Assembly: GCA_012520175.1 (NCBI GenBank)
Contig: JAAYOU010000065.1
Span: 7,895 to 71,894 of the forward strand
Length of the DNA stretch: 64,000 nt
From: Bacteroidales bacterium
GTDB taxonomy: Bacteria; Bacteroidota; Bacteroidia; Bacteroidales; DTU049
Direction of reading: 5' to 3'
The notes under the pieces are model-generated. The model did no database searches and was not told where the DNA came from. It worked only from the letters and a program-made list of their open reading frames with translations. The position numbers were made by a program, and so were the translations under genes. Positions 1 through 9,338 of the stretch are shown here, piece after piece; position 1 is the stretch's first letter, and every line of letters begins with the position of its first letter.

Positions 1-687
1 CATTAGAATGCTTAATAGTGCAAAAGGTAGGCTCTGACGAAAAATAACAATGTTTAGTTTTTTATTCCACTTTATGTTTTTTATTTTAGTTTTTCGTAAA
101 ACAATGGCGAGGGCAACTAAAAATGTTATAAAATAAGACAGTGTTTGAAATGCTGCAAAATAGAAAATATTAATTTGAATTTTAAATAAATTTCCCCAAA
201 GCAAAATGGAAAAGAATATTATCATTAGCAATCTGTCTAATACGGATAAGATGCTATCTGTTTTGAACAGCTGCATTCCAGATACATTCGAGCGAAGAAA
301 TAAAATAAAAGACGATAATATTTGGTTTATGCCGAGCCAGATTAATAAGTGAAAATGGACTTTGCTATATCCAATAATTAAAGCAGCAATAAAAGAAACA
401 GCAGCATAGATTAAAGCAAGAAAAGCTTTCATGCTTAAAATGCTTCCTGTATATTTTGAGGCTAAATGTTCGTGTCGGGCTACATTTCTGTTGTTGAAGT
501 TTGTAAAGCCAAAGTCAAGCATGAAGCCAAACAAAAAAGAAAAATTCAGCACTGCAAAGTATAGTCCATATTCGCCAGCACCAACAATATTTTGAACAGT
601 CCGGTCTATGCCAAAAATCCAAAATGGTTTTACTAATAGATTAATACCTATTAGAAATGCAAGATTGACTATAAATTTTTTTTGCAT
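1..687 (-). CDS. MOP/Wzx-type polysaccharide flippase-like membrane protein, N-terminal part (3' end beyond window start)
   Basis: Absent from the ORF track because it runs off the window. Manual minus-strand translation from ATG at 687-685 gives MQKKFIVNLAFLIGINLLVKPFWIFGIDRTVQNIVGAGEYGLYFAVLNFSFLFGFMLDFGFTNFNNRNVARHEHL..., with no stop down to position 1 (229 codons). The profile is multi-pass hydrophobic and the N-terminus is Wzx-like. Confidence 0.55.
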   Translation of the reverse strand, partial: MQKKFIVNLAFLIGINLLVKPFWIFGIDRTVQNIVGAGEYGLYFAVLNFSFLFGFMLDFGFTNFNNRNVARHEHLASKYTGSILSMKAFLALIYAAVSFIAALIIGYSKVHFHLLIWLGINQILSSFILFLRSNVSGMQLFKTDSILSVLDRLLMIIFFSILLWGNLFKIQINIFYFAAFQTLSYFITFLVALAIVLRKTKIKNIKWNKKLNIVIFRQSLPFALLSILM

Positions 688-729
688 GTGCAAAGATATA
701 GAATGCAAATATCTGCAAAAAATAAATAG

Positions 730-1377
730 TTATGAAAGTTTTATCAATTCTTTTACTAATTTAAAGGCACCTTCATATACTTCGCTAATACTTTTACCAA
801 GCATATAGCAAGGTGTGCTTATAAGTTTGTTTTTCTCATCAACAACAATTCCTGTTGCATTGCAGTCGGTATGTTTTGCTCCCATTTCTTTTATGAGACT
901 TGCTGTAGCAGCGTCGTTGCCGATAGTTATATTGCTGTCGCTGAAAATTTTTGCAAATAAAACAGGAGCAATACACAAAGCTCCAATTGGTTTGTTTTCT
1001 GAATGCATAGATTTTATTGCGTTTTCGACCTCTTTATTTACGGTCATATTTGCTCCGTCAAAAGCGTAGCTACTTAAGTTTTTTGCAGCGCCGAAACCGC
1101 CGGGAATTAGCAATGCGTCGAAATATTTAGAATTAAAATCTTTTAGGTCAGAAATATTTCCTCTTGCAATACGTGCTGATTCCACAAGTACATTTCTTGT
1201 TTCGTTCAAAACATTTCCGTTAATATGGTTTATTACATGGTGTTGATTAATGTTTGGTGCAAAAATTTCATATTTTGCTCCTAGTTGGTCTATTGCCAAC
1301 ATGCTTAGAGTTGCTTCGTGTATTTCAGTTCCATCATAAACACCACAGCCGGAAATAATAATAGCTATTTTTTTCAT
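730..1377 (-). CDS. elbB: DJ-1/PfpI-fold isoprenoid biosynthesis protein ElbB (glyoxalase-like)
   Basis: 215-aa ORF. MKKIAIIISGCGVYDGTEIHE N-terminus, PGGFGAAKNL and GALCIAP nucleophile-elbow region are typical of ElbB. Confidence 0.8.
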   Translation of the reverse strand: MKKIAIIISGCGVYDGTEIHEATLSMLAIDQLGAKYEIFAPNINQHHVINHINGNVLNETRNVLVESARIARGNISDLKDFNSKYFDALLIPGGFGAAKNLSSYAFDGANMTVNKEVENAIKSMHSENKPIGALCIAPVLFAKIFSDSNITIGNDAATASLIKEMGAKHTDCNATGIVVDEKNKLISTPCYMLGKSISEVYEGAFKLVKELIKLS

Positions 1378-1400
1378 ATTTTTGTTGATATATAGGTATA

Positions 1401-1432
1401 AAAAAACCTACCCAAAAGGATAGGTTTTTTTT
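1401..1432 (-). terminator. Rho-independent terminator downstream of lipoprotein gene 1447..1869
   Basis: aaaaaaacctacccaaaaggataggtttttttt: an imperfect GC-containing hairpin flanked by an A-run and a T-run. On the minus strand the stem is followed by a U-tract. Confidence 0.55.
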
Positions 1433-1446
1433 ATGTTTAAAAACAA

Positions 1447-1869
1447 TTATTTTTTTGATTCATATTTTGTAACTGTTTTGATATTACCATCTACACCTTC
1501 TAACCACATTTCATTAGATTTTAATCTTAAGATTTTTGAAGAAGTTGTAGAAGAAACGCCACCAATAGTTGCTTTGGTGATAATGCTTTCTTTATCATCA
1601 GAAAGTTCCCATTCTGCAGTAAAAGAAACGCCTCCAAAAGAAGTAACAACAGTGTTGTCTTTTTTAAATTCCGTAGTAATTTTTTTCTCTTCTTCTGTCA
1701 ATTTTTGGGCAACATTATCTACTAAGACTTCATTAATAACCCAAGTGTTAACAATACGAGCTTTTTTTGAAGCTAAACTGAATTTTGGACCTTCTTCATA
1801 TTTACCACAAGCTGTTGCGAAAAAAGCAACCATGAGTAAAAGAGCTGAAAATTTTGCGAATGATTTCAT
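1447..1869 (-). CDS. Small lipoprotein of unknown function (tandem paralog 1)
   Basis: 140 aa. Signal peptide plus lipobox-like FFATAC|GKYEEGPKFSL. Clearly paralogous along its full length to the next ORF. Confidence 0.7.
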   Translation of the reverse strand: MKSFAKFSALLLMVAFFATACGKYEEGPKFSLASKKARIVNTWVINEVLVDNVAQKLTEEEKKITTEFKKDNTVVTSFGGVSFTAEWELSDDKESIITKATIGGVSSTTSSKILRLKSNEMWLEGVDGNIKTVTKYESKK

Positions 1870-1957
1870 ATTTTTTTGTTTTTTTAAATTTATGTTGCAA
1901 AGATATAAAAATTATTTCTATTGGTTAAAAGTTAACAATTAATTAATAAAAACATAA

Positions 1958-2377
1958 TTATTTTGACTTACATTTTCTGATTATTCTAGAACTTCCATCT
2001 ATTTCTTCTGTCCAAAGTTCATTAGATTTTAATCTTAGGATTTTTAAAGCATGTATATCGGTGTTACCTAATTGAGTAAATCTAATAATAATGTATTCTT
2101 TGTCATGAGAAAGCTCCCACTCTCCAGTAGTAGATTTGTTTTCTATAGAATAAATAATTTTATTGTTTCTTTTAAATTCTATAGTGGTTACTATGTCTTC
2201 AATATCTAAGGGTTGAAAAACATTATCTACTGTTATTTCATCATATACCCAAGTATTAATAATGCGAGCTTTTTTTGTAGCTAAGCTAAATTTTGGACCA
2301 TCTTCGTATTTGCCACAAGCTGAAGAAAAAAATGCAACTATTATTAAAAGTGCTGAAAATTTTGCGAATGATTTCAT
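1958..2377 (-). CDS. Small lipoprotein of unknown function (tandem paralog 2)
   Basis: 139 aa. MKSFAKFSALLIIVAFFSSACGKYEDGPKFSL. Shares its N-terminus and the LKILRLKSNE(L/M)W block with ORF 1447..1869. Confidence 0.7.
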   Translation of the reverse strand: MKSFAKFSALLIIVAFFSSACGKYEDGPKFSLATKKARIINTWVYDEITVDNVFQPLDIEDIVTTIEFKRNNKIIYSIENKSTTGEWELSHDKEYIIIRFTQLGNTDIHALKILRLKSNELWTEEIDGSSRIIRKCKSK

Positions 2378-2449
2378 ATTTTTTGTTTTTTAAATTTATG
2401 CTGTAAAAATAGAAAAAATTACTTAAATATGTTAGGTGAAAAAAGTAAA

Positions 2450-3496
2450 TTAGAGTTTTTTAGCTAATGTAAAGGAAAATGTTGTTCCTACATCTATTTT
2501 AGATCGCACGTTTATGGTTTGTTTATGTGCTTCGATAATGTGTTTTACTATTGCTAATCCCAATCCTGTGCCACCGAGTTTTCTGCTTCTGCTTTTTTCG
2601 CTTCGATAGAACCGTTCAAAGATTCTAGGCAAGTCGCTCTGATCCATTCCTATTCCATCGTCTGAAACTTCTATTAAAAAACATTCGTCCATGTCAAAGA
2701 CTTTAATGGTTGTGGAGCCCTTGCGTTTTCCGTATTTCAAAGAATTATCTATAAGATTTATGAGTACTTGTCTTATTCTGTCGGGGTCTGCTTTAACAAT
2801 AACTTTGTTTTGCGATTCGTTTTTATAGTCGAGCACAATTTCTTTTTTCTCTGCTTTAATTTCCATAAATTCAAAAACATCTTTTACAAGAGCTGAAAAA
2901 TTAAAAGAAGAAAAATTCATAGTCATAATACCGCTTTCGAGTTTTGAAATTTCGTCAAGGTCGTTAACAATTGCAATCAATCGTTCAATGTTTTTTGCAG
3001 CTCTTTGCAGGTATTTTTTATTTATTTCATTGTCGTCAAGACCGCCGTCTAGCAATGTTAAAACGTATCCCTGAATGGTTGTTATAGGAGTTTTTAGCTC
3101 ATGAGACACGTTGCTAAGAAATTCGCGGCGGAATTCCTCGTTTTTTTTCAGCATTTCAATTTCATTTGCTTTGTCGCGAGTCCATTCTTCTACGTCTTTA
3201 CTCACGTTTTCTAAAACATTGCCTTTCTTAACAGCCTTTTTTTTGCCGTTATTTCCAAGTTTTGTGCTGCGAATAGATTTGTAAATCAGCCTAATTTTGC
3301 TATAAATAAAATTATTTAATGTAAGTAATAATAAAAAAAAGACGCTAAAGAAGGAGATAAAAGAAATAATTATAGCTAAAAGCCATGGTTGAATACAAGG
3401 GTTATATAAAATAAAAACTGATAAAAATATAACAATAGCCACTATTAAGGCTAGTATAAAAGATAAAAAGCGAGGGTTTCCAAGTGATAGTTTCAT
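2450..3496 (-). CDS. Two-component sensor histidine kinase (HisKA + HATPase_c)
   Basis: Two N-terminal TM segments. H-box SHELKTPIT. N and G boxes (IDNSLKYG, DDGIGM, GGTGLGLAIVK). Confidence 0.85.
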   Translation of the reverse strand: MKLSLGNPRFLSFILALIVAIVIFLSVFILYNPCIQPWLLAIIISFISFFSVFFLLLLTLNNFIYSKIRLIYKSIRSTKLGNNGKKKAVKKGNVLENVSKDVEEWTRDKANEIEMLKKNEEFRREFLSNVSHELKTPITTIQGYVLTLLDGGLDDNEINKKYLQRAAKNIERLIAIVNDLDEISKLESGIMTMNFSSFNFSALVKDVFEFMEIKAEKKEIVLDYKNESQNKVIVKADPDRIRQVLINLIDNSLKYGKRKGSTTIKVFDMDECFLIEVSDDGIGMDQSDLPRIFERFYRSEKSRSRKLGGTGLGLAIVKHIIEAHKQTINVRSKIDVGTTFSFTLAKKL

Positions 3497-4191
3497 TTTT
3501 TTACTTCAAAAGTATAGCCAACACCTTTTACTGTACGGATTAGGTTTAGACCAATTTTTTCTCGAATTTTTCTAATATGAACATCAATGGTTCTGTCACC
3601 AACAACTATATCACTACCCCAAATTTTTGTAAAAATTTCTTCTCTCGTAAATACTTTTCCGGGTTTGCCTGCAAGTAGAGCAAGTAGTTCGAATTCTTTT
3701 CTTGGGAGTATAATTTCTTGTCCTTCGCGGATAACAATATATCTTTCAAAATTAATTGTTAAGCCTTCAAACTCTAATTCTTTCTCGTTTTCCTCATTAG
3801 AATCTGATGAAAATCGTCTTAGGTATGATTTTATTTTTGTTAGAAAAACTTTTGGGGTAATTGGCTTGCTTATAAAGTCATCTCCGCCCGATTCTAATGC
3901 TGCGATTTGAGCGAAATCTTCATTTCTAGCTGTTAAGAAAATAATGACAGTTTTTTTTAATGAATCGTGCTTACGCATTTCTTGGCAAGATGTAATGCCA
4001 TCCATGCCGGGCATCATAATGTCAAGCACAATTAGCTGTGGTTCTATTTCTAAAGCTTTTGTAATTGCAGATTGTCCATCTCGGCAGGTGTAAACATCAT
4101 ACCCTTCCTTTTTTAGATTGTAGCTCATGATTTCAAGAATATCTTTTTCATCATCAACTAACAAAATTTTTATTTTTTCATTAAAATCCAT
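3493..4191 (-). CDS. OmpR/PhoB-family response regulator
   Basis: Receiver domain (LLVDDE..., DIMMPGMDG, SKP) plus a winged-helix output domain (RTVKGVGY). Its stop overlaps the kinase start by 4 bp, which suggests an operon. Confidence 0.9.
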   Translation of the reverse strand: MDFNEKIKILLVDDEKDILEIMSYNLKKEGYDVYTCRDGQSAITKALEIEPQLIVLDIMMPGMDGITSCQEMRKHDSLKKTVIIFLTARNEDFAQIAALESGGDDFISKPITPKVFLTKIKSYLRRFSSDSNEENEKELEFEGLTINFERYIVIREGQEIILPRKEFELLALLAGKPGKVFTREEIFTKIWGSDIVVGDRTIDVHIRKIREKIGLNLIRTVKGVGYTFEVKK

Positions 4192-4373
4192 ATTTCTAAT
4201 ATGTTTTATGCAAATTTATTAAAAATATGTTAAAATATTTTCTAAGTAACAATTGTTTAATATTTTAATAACAATGGCTAAACAAATTAGTATAAAATGC
4301 TTTAACCTAATTTCATTTGTAAAAGGAGTTAGCACATTTTTTTGCTGGTGTGCTTATTAATGAAGTAAATTTT

Positions 4374-7154
4374 TTAATGCGCTTCAAGCCAATTTTGTCC
4401 TTCATTAACTTCAACTTCTACTGGAACATTCAGTGGTAGTGCTGTTTTCATGAGGCGTTCTATTTCTGGTTTCACTATTTCAATTTCATTATTTGGAACT
4501 TCGAAAACTAGCTCATCGTGAACTTGCAAAATCATTTTTGTTTTTAGATTTTTTTCTTTCAGCCAATTATGAATATTAATCATTGCAATTTTAATCATGT
4601 CGGCAGATGAACCTTGAATAGGAGCGTTTATTGCATTTCGTTCGGCGAAGCCTCTTACAAAGCTGTTTGAAGAATTTATGTCTTTCAAATATCTTCTTCT
4701 TTTTTTAATTGTTTCTACATAACCGTTATTTCTTGCAAATTCAATAATTTCGTCCATGTATTTTTTTATTCCGGGGAACTGATTAAAATAATTATCAATA
4801 ATTTCGCTTGCTTCTTTTCTACTTATTCCAAGTCGCTCAGAGAGACCAAAAGGAGAAATTCCGTAAATAATTCCAAAATTAACAGTTTTTGCATTTCGTC
4901 TTTGCTCTGAATTTACTTTATCAAGCGCTACGTCATATACTCGAGATGCTGTTGCTGAGTGTATGTCGTATCCTTTTTTAAAAGCATCGGTCATGTTTTC
5001 ATCGTTTGATAAAGATGCTATAACTCTAAGCTCAATTTGGCTGTAGTCTGCGGAAATTAATGTGTGATTGCTGTCGCATGGAACGAATGCCTTTCTTATT
5101 TCCTGACCTAACTCTGTGCGTATTGGTATGTTTTGCAAATTTGGATTTGTGGAGCTAAGTCTGCCGGTTGCAGTTACAGCTTGGTTGTAGCTTGTGTGGA
5201 TTCTGCCTGTTTGTTGGTTTATTAGCTCTGGCAAAGTTTTTATGTAAGTGTTTTGTAATTTGCTCAGCTTGCGGAATTTTAATATTTCCGGAACAATTTC
5301 GTGTCGAGATATATATTTTTGCAAAACCGCTTCAGATGTAGAAAATTGTTTTGTTTGAGTTTTCTTTGGCTTTTCTTCAATTTTTAATTTATTAAACAAT
5401 ATTTCTCCAAGTTGTTTTGGGCTGGCAATGTTGAATGTTTCTCCAGCTAATTTATGTATATTCGCTTCAAGAGAGGCAATTTCAGCTTCTATTGTTTTTG
5501 AAAAATCGTTTAAAGCACTAGTATTAATTGAAACGCCGTTTCGTTCCATGGTTTCAAGAACTTCAATGAGCGGCATTTCGATGTTGTAGAACAAATCAAC
5601 CATTTCGTTAGCGTGTAACTCAGGCTCAAGAATATTCCATAATTTTAAAGTTATATCAGCATCTTCACACGCATATTCGCAGAACTTTTCAGATGGAATA
5701 TCGTTTATTTTTACTTTATTGTTATTTGTTAATTCTTCAAATGTAATGGTTTTATAATCCAAATATGTTTCGCTAAGGAAATCGAGATTGTGCTTTGTTT
5801 CTGGCTGCAATAAATAATGGGCAATCATTGTGTCAGCATAAGGTTTTTTTATTTCAACGCCTGCTGTGCGTAAAACAGCCATGTCGAATTTAAGATTTTG
5901 TGCTATTTTTTTAATGTTTTCGTTTTCAAAAACCACTTTTAATTTTTCTATTGCATAGTTATAAAAGTCTTCATCTTTTAAATAAACAAAATAAGCTTTT
6001 TGTGGATTTATAGAAAACGAAATGCCAATAATTTTTGCTGAAAGAGTGTCTAATCCTGAGGTTTCAGTGTCGAAGCAAAAAACTTTTGAGTTATTTAATT
6101 CAATAATAAGTTTTTCAAGTTCTTCAGGTTTTGTAATTAATTTATAATCGTGTTCAATGGTATTTATATTGCTCAAAATTGAAGACAGGCTGATTTTATC
6201 GCTCACAAAATCTTGCTCAAATAGAGTTGCTTGCCCGTTTATAGCCGGTGTTTTTTCTGATAATGCTTCCATGGCATCCCACCAGCGTTTGGAGAAGGTC
6301 TTAAATTCTATTTCTTCGAAAAACTTTTGCAGAGGTGCATAAGCAGGGACTTTCCATTCAAATTGCGAAGGCATAAAAGCAATAGGAACATCTGTAATGA
6401 TTGTGGTAAGCTGTTTTGAAATTAAGGCAGATTCTTTTCCTGCGATTACCTTCTTTTTCATGCTAGCATTTTTAATGTGTTCAGCTTGCTCTATCATATT
6501 TTCAACGGAACCAAACTCTGAAATAAGTTTTTTTGCACCCACTTCGCCAATTCCAAAAATTCCAGGAATATTATCTGATGCGTCTCCCATAATTGCTAAA
6601 ATATCAATTAGCTGTTCAGGTTTTTTAATTCCATAGCGACTGCAAACTTCTTCTACGCCCCATATTTCGGCAGCAGCGCCGAATTTTGCAGGTTTATACA
6701 TAAAAATATTTTCGCTTACAAGTTGCCCAAAATCTTTGTCGGGTGTCATCATGTAAACTTGATAACCTCTAGCTTCTGCTTCCTTAGATAATGTGCCGAT
6801 AATATCGTCAGCTTCATAGCCGTCTTTTTCCAAAATAGGTATTCCCATTAGTGTCAGCATTTCTTTTATATATGGTAATGCTATTGATAAATCATCGGGC
6901 ATAGGTTCACGATTTGCTTTGTAAAACGCAAATTCGTCGTGTCTTGCGGTTGGAGCAATTGTGTCAAATGCGACTCCTAATAAATTTGGCTTTTCTTTTT
7001 TTATTAAATCTAAAACAGTGTTTGCAAAACCCAAAATAGCACTAGTGTTTAAGCCTTTTGAATTTATGGTTGGATTTTTTATTAAGGCAAAATACGCTCT
7101 GTATGCCAATGCCATAGCATCTAATAGAAATAAAACCGGTTTTTTCTCACTCAT
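4374..7154 (-). CDS. polA: DNA polymerase I
   Basis: 926 aa. 5'-nuclease N-terminus, 3'-5' exonuclease motif FDTETSGLD, and polymerase motifs DYSQIELRV and QVHDELVFE. Confidence 0.95.
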   Translation of the reverse strand: MSEKKPVLFLLDAMALAYRAYFALIKNPTINSKGLNTSAILGFANTVLDLIKKEKPNLLGVAFDTIAPTARHDEFAFYKANREPMPDDLSIALPYIKEMLTLMGIPILEKDGYEADDIIGTLSKEAEARGYQVYMMTPDKDFGQLVSENIFMYKPAKFGAAAEIWGVEEVCSRYGIKKPEQLIDILAIMGDASDNIPGIFGIGEVGAKKLISEFGSVENMIEQAEHIKNASMKKKVIAGKESALISKQLTTIITDVPIAFMPSQFEWKVPAYAPLQKFFEEIEFKTFSKRWWDAMEALSEKTPAINGQATLFEQDFVSDKISLSSILSNINTIEHDYKLITKPEELEKLIIELNNSKVFCFDTETSGLDTLSAKIIGISFSINPQKAYFVYLKDEDFYNYAIEKLKVVFENENIKKIAQNLKFDMAVLRTAGVEIKKPYADTMIAHYLLQPETKHNLDFLSETYLDYKTITFEELTNNNKVKINDIPSEKFCEYACEDADITLKLWNILEPELHANEMVDLFYNIEMPLIEVLETMERNGVSINTSALNDFSKTIEAEIASLEANIHKLAGETFNIASPKQLGEILFNKLKIEEKPKKTQTKQFSTSEAVLQKYISRHEIVPEILKFRKLSKLQNTYIKTLPELINQQTGRIHTSYNQAVTATGRLSSTNPNLQNIPIRTELGQEIRKAFVPCDSNHTLISADYSQIELRVIASLSNDENMTDAFKKGYDIHSATASRVYDVALDKVNSEQRRNAKTVNFGIIYGISPFGLSERLGISRKEASEIIDNYFNQFPGIKKYMDEIIEFARNNGYVETIKKRRRYLKDINSSNSFVRGFAERNAINAPIQGSSADMIKIAMINIHNWLKEKNLKTKMILQVHDELVFEVPNNEIEIVKPEIERLMKTALPLNVPVEVEVNEGQNWLEAH

Positions 7155-7539
7155 TATACCTTATATTTATGTTTAATAATATTCAAAGTTTAAAATTAAT
7201 ATTTTTCAGTTAAACAATATACGCAAATATTATTTCAAAAAAACTCAATTTTTATTAAAAATCTGATGTAATAACGTTTTGTGGAAATAGTGATTATTCT
7301 AGAAAAGCTTTAGGATAAAAAATTTTCCTAACGATTAACTTTTATTTAATGTTATTAACATAAAATTATTATTGTTTGTAAGAGGCTTCAAAACTAGCTT
7401 TGGAAAAGTTGGTGTTTTTATATAAGAAATTTTTATTTACAATTTTTTAATAAAAACTTACTTCAAACTTATTTTTAAAATAAAATACGGCTAACATTGA
7501 CATTGTTCCTTTGTGTCGAAAACAAAAAAATAAAAAATT

Positions 7540-9126
7540 ATGAAAAAACTTTTAGCATTAATATTAGCTTTATTTGTAATTGAAGCTATTTATGGACAAC
7601 ATGGGATTGACAATCCTTTTTTTGAAAAAGTAAGCTACATTGGAGCTTTTGATGAAACCAATGATTGGACAGCAAATTGGACAACATGGGATGCTGAAAA
7701 CACAAACTATCCTGCAACAACAGTTACAAAAAGTGGCGAAATTGCTGCAAATGAAACATGGACAGCATCAAATGTTTATAAATTAGAAGGTTTTGTATAT
7801 GTTTTGGATGGCGTAACATTAACAATTGAGCCCGGAACAATTATTCGTGGAGATAAAGGTTCTAAAGGCACATTAATAATTGAACGCGGAGCTAAATTAA
7901 TTGCAGAAGGAACAGCAGAAAAACCTATTATTTTTACCTCAAATGAAGCTGCTGGAAACAGAGAATACGGAGATTGGGGTGGAGTTATTTTATGCGGAAA
8001 AGCTCCAATAAATGTTCCTGGTGGTGAAGCTCAAATTGAAGGCGGACCAAGATCTAAATATGGTGGAAGTGATGTTGCAGACAATAGTGGTAGTCTAAAA
8101 TATATTCGTATAGAATTTCCAGGAATTCCTTTTGTTCCAGATAAAGAAATTAACGGAATAACCTTTGGTGGTGTTGGTAATGCAACAGTTGTTGATTATA
8201 TACAAGTTTATCGTTCAGGAGATGATGCTTTTGAATGGTTTGGTGGCACTGTTAATGCAAAACATCTTGTAGCATCTTTCACATGGGACGATGATTATGA
8301 CACAGACTATGGATATTTAGGAATGGTTCAGTTTGCGGTTGCTTTACGCGACTCAGCTATTGCTGACCCAGGTTCAGGATCAAATGGTTTTGAAAGCGAC
8401 AATGATGGTTCTGGCTCTGGTAATACTCCTATAACAAATCCTATATTTTCAAATGTTTCAATGTTTGGACCAAAAGTATTGCCTTCAACAACTATAAATA
8501 CTAATTACAAAAGAGCTTTACATTTGCGTAGAAACACAAAAATTAATATTTACAACTCTATTTTTGCAGGATTTAAAGATGGACTTTTTGTTGACGGAAG
8601 CGCAGCAAGACAAAATCTTACAAATGATGAATTAAAAATATATAATGTAATATTGGCTGGAAACAGTGGAAAATATTTTGTAGATGATTCTTTAAGTGTA
8701 GTAAGAAACTACTTTTTTGATTCAGCAAGAAATAACGACACTCTTGCATCAAATACAGATTTAAAAATTACAGATCCATTTAATTATTTAAATCCAGATT
8801 TTCGCCCAATGGCTTCTAGCCCAGTTTTAAATAACTCTTCTTTTGTTGGAATTGAAGATTTTTCAAATCAAAACAATGTGTCAAGTTTAAATATTTATCC
8901 AAATCCTGTTTCTGATTTCATAAATATAGAATTCTTTGCACAAAACAACTCATCTGTAACTTTTGAAATCGTTGATATGAGCGGAAAATTAGTTTATCAA
9001 AACATAGAAAATGCAAACCTTGGTGTAAATATCTTCAAATTTGATTTACAAAACTTAAATTCTGGAATATATGCACTACGAATGATTGCAGGAAAAGAAG
9101 TAAATGTTGTGAAATTTATAAAATAA
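7540..9126 (+). CDS. Secreted protein with T9SS C-terminal sorting domain, function unknown
   Basis: 528 aa. Signal peptide. C-terminus LNIYPNPVSDFINIEF...GIYALRMIAGKEVNVVKFIK matches the Por/T9SS CTD pattern. Confidence 0.6.
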   Translation: MKKLLALILALFVIEAIYGQHGIDNPFFEKVSYIGAFDETNDWTANWTTWDAENTNYPATTVTKSGEIAANETWTASNVYKLEGFVYVLDGVTLTIEPGTIIRGDKGSKGTLIIERGAKLIAEGTAEKPIIFTSNEAAGNREYGDWGGVILCGKAPINVPGGEAQIEGGPRSKYGGSDVADNSGSLKYIRIEFPGIPFVPDKEINGITFGGVGNATVVDYIQVYRSGDDAFEWFGGTVNAKHLVASFTWDDDYDTDYGYLGMVQFAVALRDSAIADPGSGSNGFESDNDGSGSGNTPITNPIFSNVSMFGPKVLPSTTINTNYKRALHLRRNTKINIYNSIFAGFKDGLFVDGSAARQNLTNDELKIYNVILAGNSGKYFVDDSLSVVRNYFFDSARNNDTLASNTDLKITDPFNYLNPDFRPMASSPVLNNSSFVGIEDFSNQNNVSSLNIYPNPVSDFINIEFFAQNNSSVTFEIVDMSGKLVYQNIENANLGVNIFKFDLQNLNSGIYALRMIAGKEVNVVKFIK

Positions 9127-9183
9127 TACCTAAAATATTATAAAATAATACCTCCAAATATATAATATCATACAACTTGATTT

Positions 9184-9217
9184 AGAGCGTGTGGTTTAAT
9201 TACTCACGCTCTTTTTC
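9184..9217 (+). terminator. Rho-independent terminator after 7540..9126
   Basis: agagcgtg-tggtttaattact-cacgctct followed by ttttt. The stem is a perfect 8 bp. Confidence 0.6.
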
Positions 9218-9338
9218 TATTAAAAAAGCCAAAGTAAATAACCTTTTCTTAACATAAATTAAAAAGAATGTTAAACAAAAATTCATGTGCTGTTAATATA
9301 AAACATTGATTTTTGTTGCACAAATCAAGTTATATTAT

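Noticed and set aside
9306-9338. Upstream non-ATG or extended starts given by the track (9306, 30087, 31231, 35535, 57034, 57172, 61348)
   Set aside because: In each case an in-frame ATG slightly downstream does one of three things. It yields a proper signal peptide or conserved N-terminus, removes an overlap with the neighbouring gene, or avoids reading through a predicted leader hairpin.
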